24,000 nucleotides of DNA from Robbsia andropogonis (GTDB lineage Bacteria > Pseudomonadota > Gammaproteobacteria > Burkholderiales > Burkholderiaceae). Below the pieces are notes generated by a model that made no database searches, was not told the origin of the DNA, and saw only the letters and a list, made by a program, of their open reading frames with translations. The translations under genes and the position numbers were made by a program. Location: the NCBI RefSeq assembly GCF_000970345.1, contig NZ_LAQU01000019.1, positions 38,457-62,456 of the forward strand, given 5' to 3'. Below, piece by piece: positions 9,081 to 17,056 of the stretch (the stretch's first letter is position 1; each line of letters starts with the position of its first letter).

Positions 9081-10694
9081 TCAGGTTAGCACGCGATGGT
9101 CTCGTGACGACGCGACATCGGGGTTTGCGGCCATGGCGCGAACGTCGGCACGGCTCGTACGGATGAAGCGGCGCGTCAGCAGCACCGCCGCAACGCTCAA
9201 CCCCGCCACCAGACCGCACCACATTCCCGCCGGGCCCCAATCCATATCGAGGCATAGCCAGATGCCCACGGGCATCCCGACGCACCAATAAGCAAACAAG
9301 GTGACGATCATTGGCATTCGGGTGTCCTTATAGCCGCGCAGTGCGCCATTGGCGGTTACTTGCAGGGCATCCGACAACTGGAACAGGCCTGCCAGTCGCA
9401 ACAAGACCACCGCGCCCGCAGCCACCGTCGCATCTCCGGTATATAGCCCGATGATGGGTACCGGCAGCAGCAGCATCATCAGGATCGGGACGAGTTGCAC
9501 GCGAAGCGCAAGCGCTATTCCGACTTGCCCCGCGATCCGCGCCCCCTCGGCATCGCCCCGGCCGCGCGCACCGGCAACGCGCACCGAAACCGCCATCGCC
9601 ATCCCCAGGGGAATCATAAACGTCAGCGAAGCCACATTCAGCGCGATTTGGTGCATCGACACCGCGGTGTCGCCGAGCCGCCCGATCACCAGCGCCGTCG
9701 CGATAAACAAGCTCCCTTCCATCAACCAGGTAACGCTACTTGGTAGACCATTTCGAATCAGGTCACGCCAGGTCGCCGTTTCAATTCGGGATGGCGCGTT
9801 TGCCGGGATAGTGGCGTGATGGGAGACGTCCGAGAGCGGCCCATCGCCTGACTGCTGTTTTCCAACCGTGTTCACATCGGCAAACGGCCCCGCTGCCACA
9901 ACGGTTCCCGCTCGCGTGACCGCAACGTCCCGAACGAACGCATAGCGACGATTTGAAACGATATACCAAGCAAAGCCCAACCCGATACACCACTCTACGA
10001 TCGCGGTCGCGAGTCCGCAGCCAACCACGCCCATTGCCGGAATGGGTCCGGCACCATACATCAACGTGTAGCCAACAGGCGCCAGCAGTATCGGGCCCAG
10101 CAAGCCAAACGCCAAACTCGGTCGCGGCATCGATAGTCCTTCGGACAGACCGCGACAGACGAAATACAACCCCAAGGCGGGCGCCCCCGCGGCAATGGCA
10201 TGCAGGAAATAGCCCGCGTCGCGCGCGAGGTCGGGTGTCACGCCAAATGCATTGATCACCACCGGACCACCGAACCACAGGACCACTGACAGCGAGGCAC
10301 CGAACACGATACCCATCACGGCCGCCTGACGAAATAAGGGCCAGACTTCCTCCAGCCGTTTAGCGCCAACAAGATGCGCTACGGCCGCCGGCAACGCCGA
10401 CATCAAACCACTGATGGCGATGTACGCCAATCCCCATACGCCCGCCCCGATTGCAACGGGCGCCAGCACGGCGGGACCGAGATGCCCCGCCAAGATCACG
10501 TCGACGACATTCATCGCCATGCCAGCCAATTGCGTTGCAATCAACGGCAATGCCAACGGCAACAGCGCCCGCACTTCGGCACGTCGATCAGCGGCGTCGA
10601 ATCGAAGGAAGGGCGGCAAGAACCTCGCCAAGCCAGCAAACGGAAGACAAAGCAGACGCGCAAGAGCGCATGGAAAGCGATTGGGATACGACAT
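9081..10694 (-). CDS. MATE family efflux transporter (NorM-like) with an enlarged central loop; start uncertain
   Basis: Twelve-TM-like hydrophobic pattern with MATE signatures (LPLALPLIATQLAGMAMNVVDVILAGHLG; ALRGYKDTRMPM). The ATG at 10694 lacks an obvious SD. The upstream part of track ORF 9081..10916 looks non-coding. Confidence 0.85.
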   Translation of the reverse strand: MSYPNRFPCALARLLCLPFAGLARFLPPFLRFDAADRRAEVRALLPLALPLIATQLAGMAMNVVDVILAGHLGPAVLAPVAIGAGVWGLAYIAISGLMSALPAAVAHLVGAKRLEEVWPLFRQAAVMGIVFGASLSVVLWFGGPVVINAFGVTPDLARDAGYFLHAIAAGAPALGLYFVCRGLSEGLSMPRPSLAFGLLGPILLAPVGYTLMYGAGPIPAMGVVGCGLATAIVEWCIGLGFAWYIVSNRRYAFVRDVAVTRAGTVVAAGPFADVNTVGKQQSGDGPLSDVSHHATIPANAPSRIETATWRDLIRNGLPSSVTWLMEGSLFIATALVIGRLGDTAVSMHQIALNVASLTFMIPLGMAMAVSVRVAGARGRGDAEGARIAGQVGIALALRVQLVPILMMLLLPVPIIGLYTGDATVAAGAVVLLRLAGLFQLSDALQVTANGALRGYKDTRMPMIVTLFAYWCVGMPVGIWLCLDMDWGPAGMWCGLVAGLSVAAVLLTRRFIRTSRADVRAMAANPDVASSRDHRVLT

Positions 10695-11000
10695 GACAAA
10701 CTCAAGATCGAAACGCGCGCCAACTGGAATCGAGCGGCAGGCGCGTGTACAGCGGATAGTGCAGGTACCACGACGTGACGCGTCGATCCGCGAAGCGGAA
10801 GGCGGCCAGCAGGAGGAGTTCGAGAATAACAGCCAAATCGGCGCAACGCTATTCATTCGCGTCAAACCCGGACAAATTACCGAAGTGGCGCAAGAGATCA
10901 GCCGGGGACCGATCACTGGGCGGTTTGGTCCTTGCTTGTTGGCCGCAATGGCTGACGATGCACGGGAAAAGCGCCATCACATGACAGGCAGTGCGCAAGG

Positions 11001-11029
11001 AAAAAGGGCGACTTCCAAGAAGTCGCCCT
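11001..11029 (-). terminator. Rho-independent terminator downstream of csbD
   Basis: Perfect 11-bp stem AGGGCGACTTC / GAAGTCGCCCT with a 3-nt loop, followed on the minus strand by TTTTT. Confidence 0.65.
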
Positions 11030-11095
11030 CCGCCGGTCTAATGCCGGTTACCTCACTCCGTCCCCAACTTGCCTTTTGTTCTTCAAACCGGCACG

Positions 11096-11278
11096 TCAAT
11101 GCGTATCGATTTTTTTCATCTTATCCTTCATATCACCAAACGCCGCCTGAGCTTTCCCACCGAGTTCCTGTGCTCGCCCCTTCGCCTCAGTACTGGGCTT
11201 GCCCGTCGCTTGGCCAATCATCGATTTCGCCTTGCCAGCCAGCTCTTTCGCACGGCCAGCGATCTGGTCCTTGTTCAT
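11096..11278 (-). CDS. csbD: CsbD-family general stress protein
   Basis: 60 aa, MNKDQIAGRAKELAGKAKSMIGQATG...KAQ..FGDMKDKMK. A strong AAGGAGG SD lies upstream. Confidence 0.85.
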   Translation of the reverse strand: MNKDQIAGRAKELAGKAKSMIGQATGKPSTEAKGRAQELGGKAQAAFGDMKDKMKKIDTH

Positions 11279-11564
11279 CTCGCCTCCTTCCGCCCTCGGG
11301 CGTCTGATGCGTTAACATGCGCTACGCCATAGACCGAATTCGACCCGCATGGCCAGATCAATGGCGCGTGTGCAGTATCACGCCCGCTCGTTCCGTCGAA
11401 TATCCGTCAGTGGACGATTCACGAGTAGGACGCGTCTTACAAATAGACCGGTATCGTGTTCCCGTAAATGGTTTTTACCAAAGAAGACACACGCCACGCG
11501 GAAACAAGGGCAACGCTCCTCCCTCCGCACAACGCCGACGGCACGAACAGGAAGGATTATATCG

Positions 11565-11760
11565 AGATGAATATTGATAAATTTCTTTATGAAAAGCGGA
11601 TGAATTTACTTTAAATCAATTTATATTTAACGATTAATTTAAACAATCGTTCAATAAAAATTGCATTGCATTATTCTAATAACCATAATCTGTCGCTATA
11701 ATACAAATCGAATACCGTAATGCGATATTCTGTTTGTCGACGGGAATGCGGGAGACGTAG
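11565..11760 (+). promoter_or_regulatory. AT-rich control region and candidate promoter of the pilus operon
   Basis: By hand count only 27 G/C occur in the 120 nt at 11581-11700, within an otherwise GC-rich window. The candidate sigma70 promoter is TTCTAA (11674-11679), 17 nt, TATAAT (11697-11702). There is an inverted repeat AACGATT(11629-11635)/AATCGTT(11645-11651), and TGCA-type palindromes at 11661-11670 and 11793-11802. Confidence 0.4.
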
Positions 11761-11870
11761 ACTCCATTTCAGCCGACGATAGCGAATGTCTTTTGCATGC
11801 AAGCGACGCTTATGACGGCGGGTACAGTCAGCTTCCTGGCTGTTTTATCTGCGATGGCGCGGAGTTGATC

Positions 11871-12407
11871 GTGAAAAAGTTTCTGCATCCTGCTACAGCA
11901 ATTGTCGCCTTTGTTGCCGCTTCCACCTTGGCCATCGTGCCCACCGTATCCAATGCGGCGGTCTATACGAACGGCACGGCAACGGCCACCTTCCTGGTTT
12001 CATTGACACTTCAGGCGAATTGCACGATTGCAGCAACCGCATTGAACTTCGGTACCAGTGGGGTGCTGACCGCCGCGATCAACCAGCAGTCGTCATTGAC
12101 GGTCAATTGCACCAACACGACGCCATATAACGTCGGCCTGGACGCGGGCACGGTATCCGGCTCGACCGTGGCGGGGCGGCTGATGGCGGGTACCGCGACG
12201 GGCAATACGGCGACGGTGCCTTTCCAATTGTATTCAGATACCGGTCGCACGACGGTGTGGGGCAACACGCAAGGAACCAACACCGTGGCGGGAACGGGTA
12301 GCGGTGCGACACAGTCACTTACTGTTTATGGCCAGGTGCCCACCCAAAACACCACACCGCGACCCGACACGTATCAAACGACGGTCACGGCGACGGTCTA
12401 CTTCTGA
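11871..12407 (+). CDS. Spore coat protein U (SCPU) domain pilin, CsuA/B-like major subunit of a sigma/archaic chaperone-usher pilus
   Basis: GTG start with GGAG 6 nt upstream. Signal peptide ends in VSNA-AV. The SCPU pattern is ...LTLQANCTIAA..LNFGT...LTVNCTNTTPYNVGLDAG...FQLYSD.GRTTVWGN...TVYGQVP...YQTTVTATVYF. Confidence 0.85.
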   Translation: MKKFLHPATAIVAFVAASTLAIVPTVSNAAVYTNGTATATFLVSLTLQANCTIAATALNFGTSGVLTAAINQQSSLTVNCTNTTPYNVGLDAGTVSGSTVAGRLMAGTATGNTATVPFQLYSDTGRTTVWGNTQGTNTVAGTGSGATQSLTVYGQVPTQNTTPRPDTYQTTVTATVYF

Positions 12408-12432
12408 TCGTCCGTTACCGCCGCACGCGATA

Positions 12433-12448
12433 GCGAGGGTCGCCTCGC
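12433..12448 (+). promoter_or_regulatory. Intercistronic hairpin after the pilin gene (possible attenuator or mRNA-stability element)
   Basis: GCGAGG-GTCG-CCTCGC (6-bp stem, 4-nt loop) lies in the 79-nt pilin-chaperone spacer. There is no T-run, so this is not a classical terminator. The function is inferred only. Confidence 0.3.
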
Positions 12449-12486
12449 GTGTAACCCGAAGCATGCTGGCGGATAAGGGTAGCAAC

Positions 12487-13380
12487 ATGAAGACAACGCG
12501 CGGGTCGCATCAAATTCGAACCTGGGTGCGTTGGGCGGCGTACAGCGTTCTGGCAGGCCTTTTATCGGCGGGCGGACAGGCGTGGTCCGCCAGCCTGCAG
12601 ATTTCTCCCGTCACCGTCGAGTTTGACACTCAGACCAATGCGGTCGGCCTGACTTTACGCAATCCGGGTGATCAACCACTTTACGGCCAGGTGCGGGTCT
12701 TCTCGTGGAATCAGTCCGAAGGACAGGATGCGCTATCGGCCACCGACGACCTCATCGCCAGCCCGCCCCTGATCCAAATCGCGCCACGCTCCGAGCAATT
12801 GGTGCGTCTGGTCCGGCGCAATGTGCGCGCGTCCGCGACCGAGCAAAGCTATCGATTGCTGATAGACGAGCTGCCGACACCAAGCGATACCCCATCCGGT
12901 GGCGTCACGATTCGACTCCGCTATTCGGTCCCCGTTTTCATCGCCGGCACTGCCGGCACCCTGGAGCAGGCCGCGCGCGCGGCAGGGGGAAATGGCGCGA
13001 GTACCGGACCAGGTGCCGCCGCCATGAATGCCGCCATTCCGCCGCTGGACTGGCGACTTTTTCGACGTAACGGTAAATGGGTGCTGCGCGCCGCAAATGG
13101 CGGTGTGCGTCGCGCACAGATCGCCAACGTTCATATCGGTGACGGCCAGCATCGTTACGAAATCAACAAAGGTCTCCTAGGCTATGCGTTGGCGGGGCAA
13201 GCGCGAGAATGGGAAGTGCCGATTCCAGAGGATGCGCGCTTGCGTCCGACGGAGCCCTTGCAGGCAATGATCAACGCGACAAGCAGCGAGGCAATCGTCA
13301 GCGTGTCACCGGGATCGGCGGTATCGCTGCGAAACTCGTCCGGTAAGGCAATGCCGGCGCTGGCGCATGCGTCGAGGTAG
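12487..13380 (+). CDS. Pilus assembly periplasmic chaperone (PapD-fold, CsuC-like)
   Basis: ATG preceded by AAGGG. It has a signal peptide, then LQISPVTVEF...LTLRNPGDQPLYGQVRVFSW...YRLLIDELP...IRLRYSVPVFI, typical of sigma-type chaperones. The upstream part of track ORF 12304.. overlaps the pilin gene and is not coding. Confidence 0.85.
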   Translation: MKTTRGSHQIRTWVRWAAYSVLAGLLSAGGQAWSASLQISPVTVEFDTQTNAVGLTLRNPGDQPLYGQVRVFSWNQSEGQDALSATDDLIASPPLIQIAPRSEQLVRLVRRNVRASATEQSYRLLIDELPTPSDTPSGGVTIRLRYSVPVFIAGTAGTLEQAARAAGGNGASTGPGAAAMNAAIPPLDWRLFRRNGKWVLRAANGGVRRAQIANVHIGDGQHRYEINKGLLGYALAGQAREWEVPIPEDARLRPTEPLQAMINATSSEAIVSVSPGSAVSLRNSSGKAMPALAHASR

Positions 13381-16063
13381 CGGAGCCCCTTGCAGGTACA
13401 CCGCTGCGCTGGCTGCCCTCCCGCTGCTTGGCGCGTCCGTCGTGTTAACGCATGCGGAAGCGCAAACCTCCATGCCCACCAGCCCGTCCACGTCATCGAC
13501 CTCGCCGACAGGCTCGCATTTACCGGCGTCATCCACGACCGTGTCGACACCGGCATCGCGTGCGCCTGCTAGTCCGGCCGGTCCAGGCGCTCCGATGCCG
13601 ACACGTGCCCCAGCCGAAGGCTCCGTACGCGGCGGTGGCGCGGAGGCCAGCGGTCTGGACCTCGGCGGAGGCATCTCGCCATCGGCAAGCGCCGCGGACG
13701 GATCGGCCACGCCGCAGGAGCTTTATCTGGATGTCACGATCAACGGCGAGGCCACGGGCCTGATCGCGCGTTTTGTGTCGCGCCACGGGCGACTCTCCGC
13801 CAGCGGACGTGATTTGCGCGACCTCGGTATTCTGACGGACCGCCTTGGCCTGACCGCACAGCCGGACGTCTCGCTCGATACGATCATCGGGCTGCGCTAT
13901 ACATTCGATGCGGCACGCCAGAGCGTGTCTCTGCAGGTGCCCGACGCGCTGCGTCAGCCAAATACCCTGAACGCTCGCGGTATATCGGCGCCCCCGACCG
14001 CTACGTCGCAGCGGGGGCTCGTCGTCAACTACGATATCTACAGCGAGGCCACACCGCGCTGGCGTACGTCGATGTTCGACGAATTTCGGTACTTCGCACC
14101 GTCCGGCGTCTTCAGTCTGACCGGCATCCTCGACATCAACGGTGGCCAGACCCGCTTCACGCGATATGACACCTCCTGGACGCGCTCGAAACAAGACAGC
14201 CTGTCGACCTTGCTGATGGGCGACACGTTGTCATCATCACTGGGGTGGTCGCGATCAGTACGGATGGGAGGTATCCAATGGCGGCGTAATTTCGCACTGC
14301 GTCCGGATCTCGTCACGTATCCGATTCCAAGCCTGCGCGGTACGACCGCGGTACCGTCGTCGGTGGACTTGTATATCAACGACATCCGGCAGTTCAGTTC
14401 GCAAGTGCCTACCGGCCCGTTCGTCCTGAACCAGGTGCCCGGTATTACAGGCGCGGGCGTGGCGACTGTCGTGACCCGCGACGCCCTTGGACGATCCGTT
14501 ACCACCTCGGTGCCGCTGTATGTCGACACCCGACTGCTGGCCACCGGCTTGACCAGCTATTCGGTGGAAGCCGGCTTTCTCCGGCGGAATTACGGACTGT
14601 CATCGTTCGATTACGATACGCGGCCCGTGATCAGCGAAACCACCGCCTATGGCTACACCTCGGAAATCACGCTCAACAGCCATGCGGAAGTGTCGACCGG
14701 GCAAGGCGTGGTGGGGGCCGGTGGCCTGGTCCGACTCGGACAGGCGGGGGTGCTCAACGGCGCGTTGGCATTCAGCGCCGGACGCTATGCGGGCCAGCAG
14801 GTGGATCTCGGCTATCAACTGATTCGACCGAATTTCTCGATCAACGCGGAAACGATCCGCACCCTTGCCAATTACGGCGACATCGCCGCCCGAGAAGGCG
14901 ATGTCGTGCCGACCGCACAGGACCGCGCGACCGTTTCCTTTCCATTTCTGAAACGACAGTCGCTGGCATTGAGTTATATCGGCTTGCGGCAAAGGACCGG
15001 ACCACGCTCGCGGATCGGCTCCCTCTCCTACGTGGTGAACATCGGCACGATCGGCTCCGTGAATCTTTCGCTGTTCAAGGACTTCGGCGACCAACCCACC
15101 AATGGCTTTTTCGTTTCAGTGAACGTGGGTCTCGGAAGCAGTCGCGGCGGCGGCACCGGAACCTCGATCAACACGACAATGGGACGTCAGAATGGCGCGA
15201 ATTCATACAACGTCAGCGCGAGCCGTCCATCCGATTACGCCGGCGGGTTTGGCTGGGCAGTGCAGCACGGCCGCGCGGGCACGCTGGGTTATGATCAAGG
15301 ACAGGTCTCGTACATCGGTAATCCGGGCGAGGTCACTGCGGTGGCGCAATCGTTCCAGGGGCAGGTCAATACGTCGCTCGATCTCCAAGGCGCGGTCGTA
15401 TTCATGGACGGCGCCGCATTGATGTCGCGCCGTATCGATGATGCATTCGCACTCGTATCGACCGATGGCGTGAAGGACATCCCGGTGCTGCATCAGAACA
15501 GGGTCATCGGCAACACGAATTCACGTGGCTTGCTGCTGATTCCAGACCTCAACGCATACCAGCATAATCAAGTCAGCATCGATGCGATGAAGCTCCCCGC
15601 TGATGCCAGGGTCGCAAGCACGGCCCTGGATCTGGTGCCGGAATCACGCACCGGCGTACTCGGGCGTTTCGGGATCGGGCACTACGACGCCGCATCAATC
15701 ACGTTGGTCGATGAGAATCGCCTGCCGATCGCACCGGGCCTACGAGTAATCAACGAGGACAACGGCAAGGAGACGATCGTCGGATACGACGGTCAGACTT
15801 TCGTGGATGATCTGCGACCGACCAATCGTCTGCGGATTACCGATGGTCAGCGCAGTTGCGAGGTACGTTTCGACTACCAACGCGCCACTAATGGGGGATT
15901 GCAGGCAATTGGCCCCCTGGTATGTGGCGGCGGCGTAGGCAAGACGCCTCGTGCCGGACTCCCGACCGGGGCACAAGCGGAAAAGCAGGATGACAGCCCT
16001 GCCGTGCGGACAATGACGCCACGAAGTGAGATACCGCTCAGCGTGCGTGGAGCATTACGATGA
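13367..16063 (+). CDS. Fimbrial outer-membrane usher (CsuD-like)
   Basis: 898 aa with a signal peptide. The usher N-terminal motif is ELYLDVTINGEATGLIARF. The rest is a long beta-barrel-type sequence (GIQWRRNF, YSVEAGFLRRNYG, SLSYIGLRQR, NSYNVSASR) followed by C-terminal domains. It overlaps the chaperone by 14 nt and the next gene by ATGA. Confidence 0.9.
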   Translation: MRRGSGAPCRYTAALAALPLLGASVVLTHAEAQTSMPTSPSTSSTSPTGSHLPASSTTVSTPASRAPASPAGPGAPMPTRAPAEGSVRGGGAEASGLDLGGGISPSASAADGSATPQELYLDVTINGEATGLIARFVSRHGRLSASGRDLRDLGILTDRLGLTAQPDVSLDTIIGLRYTFDAARQSVSLQVPDALRQPNTLNARGISAPPTATSQRGLVVNYDIYSEATPRWRTSMFDEFRYFAPSGVFSLTGILDINGGQTRFTRYDTSWTRSKQDSLSTLLMGDTLSSSLGWSRSVRMGGIQWRRNFALRPDLVTYPIPSLRGTTAVPSSVDLYINDIRQFSSQVPTGPFVLNQVPGITGAGVATVVTRDALGRSVTTSVPLYVDTRLLATGLTSYSVEAGFLRRNYGLSSFDYDTRPVISETTAYGYTSEITLNSHAEVSTGQGVVGAGGLVRLGQAGVLNGALAFSAGRYAGQQVDLGYQLIRPNFSINAETIRTLANYGDIAAREGDVVPTAQDRATVSFPFLKRQSLALSYIGLRQRTGPRSRIGSLSYVVNIGTIGSVNLSLFKDFGDQPTNGFFVSVNVGLGSSRGGGTGTSINTTMGRQNGANSYNVSASRPSDYAGGFGWAVQHGRAGTLGYDQGQVSYIGNPGEVTAVAQSFQGQVNTSLDLQGAVVFMDGAALMSRRIDDAFALVSTDGVKDIPVLHQNRVIGNTNSRGLLLIPDLNAYQHNQVSIDAMKLPADARVASTALDLVPESRTGVLGRFGIGHYDAASITLVDENRLPIAPGLRVINEDNGKETIVGYDGQTFVDDLRPTNRLRITDGQRSCEVRFDYQRATNGGLQAIGPLVCGGGVGKTPRAGLPTGAQAEKQDDSPAVRTMTPRSEIPLSVRGALR

Positions 16064-17031
16064 CGCCCCGCCGCGATTGGACGACTGTCATCGCTACGCT
16101 GATCGTCTTATTCGCGTGCGGCCTGTTGCCGCGCGTGGCGCAGGCGGAGACCTGTACGGCGACGCCGACCAACCTGACATTTTCCAACGTCAGCCCAATC
16201 TCGAAAGCCTCCGTGAATGGCACGGGCTCGATCCTGGTAAGTTGCACATGGAATAGCGTGACCCTGACACCGACGGTTCTCGTCTGCCTGGACTTGACGG
16301 CACCCTTGCCACGCACGCTGAGCGCGGGCAGCAATACCTTGGCGTATGGTCTTTATACGGACAACGCGCGGACGATCCCGTGGGGCGCGTCGACATTGAA
16401 TACGACGCCGCTGACGGTCACGCTGGCCAAGCCGAGCAACGGTACGACCGCGTCCGCGACGCTGACCTACTACGGGCAGGTGACCGGTAATCAACCTACC
16501 GTCCCGACACTGAATGATGCAACGACAACCTATTCCCAAACGATCACGGCCGGGCAGACGGCATTGCGAGCAGGGTTCTATCTGTTAGGCGCGCCGTCCT
16601 GTAGCACTGCGGCCAGCAGCGGTACGTTCGGTTTCACCGTATCCGCCCCCGTGGTCAACAACTGCACGATCGCAACGACCAACGTCGCGTTTGCGGCTGC
16701 AACCGGACTGACAACGCCATTGACCACCACCGGCTCACTCAGCGTCACATGCACGAATAACGATGCCTACCGGATTTCGCTCAATGCAGGGACGAGCGGC
16801 AATATCGGTGCGCGCGTCATGCAATCGACAGCGGGCAACCGTATCAACTATCAGTTGTATTCCGATGCGGCGCGCACCGTGATCTGGGGAGACGGCACCA
16901 CCGGGTCCGCCTATACCGCCGTCGGGACGGGGCTGGCGCAGACCGTTCCCGTCTATGGCGTCGTCCCTGCCCAGACCGCGCCACCGCCGGGTAGTTATAC
17001 CGATACGATTACCGCGACCATTGTGTTCTGA
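16060..17031 (+). CDS. Two-domain SCPU protein, CsuE-like tip subunit / putative adhesin
   Basis: Signal peptide ending in VAQA-ET. Two SCPU-like halves each carry Cys pairs (TCTATP...LVSCTWN; NNCTIATT...LSVTCTNNDAYRISLNAG). It ends in YQLYSDAARTVIWG...VPVYGVVPA...YTDTITATIVF. Confidence 0.85.
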   Translation: MTPRRDWTTVIATLIVLFACGLLPRVAQAETCTATPTNLTFSNVSPISKASVNGTGSILVSCTWNSVTLTPTVLVCLDLTAPLPRTLSAGSNTLAYGLYTDNARTIPWGASTLNTTPLTVTLAKPSNGTTASATLTYYGQVTGNQPTVPTLNDATTTYSQTITAGQTALRAGFYLLGAPSCSTAASSGTFGFTVSAPVVNNCTIATTNVAFAAATGLTTPLTTTGSLSVTCTNNDAYRISLNAGTSGNIGARVMQSTAGNRINYQLYSDAARTVIWGDGTTGSAYTAVGTGLAQTVPVYGVVPAQTAPPPGSYTDTITATIVF

Positions 17032-17056
17032 CAAACCGCCCGTATCGCGATATCCA

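Noticed and set aside
11047-11070. GGTTACCTCACTCCGTCCCCAAC resembles the 3' end of tRNA-Leu (GGTTCAAGTCCCGTCCCCGGC). It might be an att-site remnant bracketing a pilus island.
   Set aside because: Only an 8-nt exact core (CCGTCCCC) is shared. The repeat lies on the 5' side of the tRNA, the wrong geometry for tRNA-3'-end integration. No integrase is present.
11567-11614. 15-codon mini-ORF (MNIDKFLYEKRMNLL) at the start of the AT-rich tract, considered as a leader peptide or regulator.
   Set aside because: The SD-like AGGAAGGA is about 10 nt from the ATG. Short ORFs are expected by chance in AT-rich DNA, and I cannot show conservation from here.
12487-13380. A bldA-like idea: the adjacent tRNA-Leu(UAA) might gate pilus expression, because the chaperone gene has two TTA codons.
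   Set aside because: TTA and other A/T-ending codons occur elsewhere in the window (for example in hscB). GC bias here is moderate, so the tRNA is unlikely to be limiting. The link is pure speculation.
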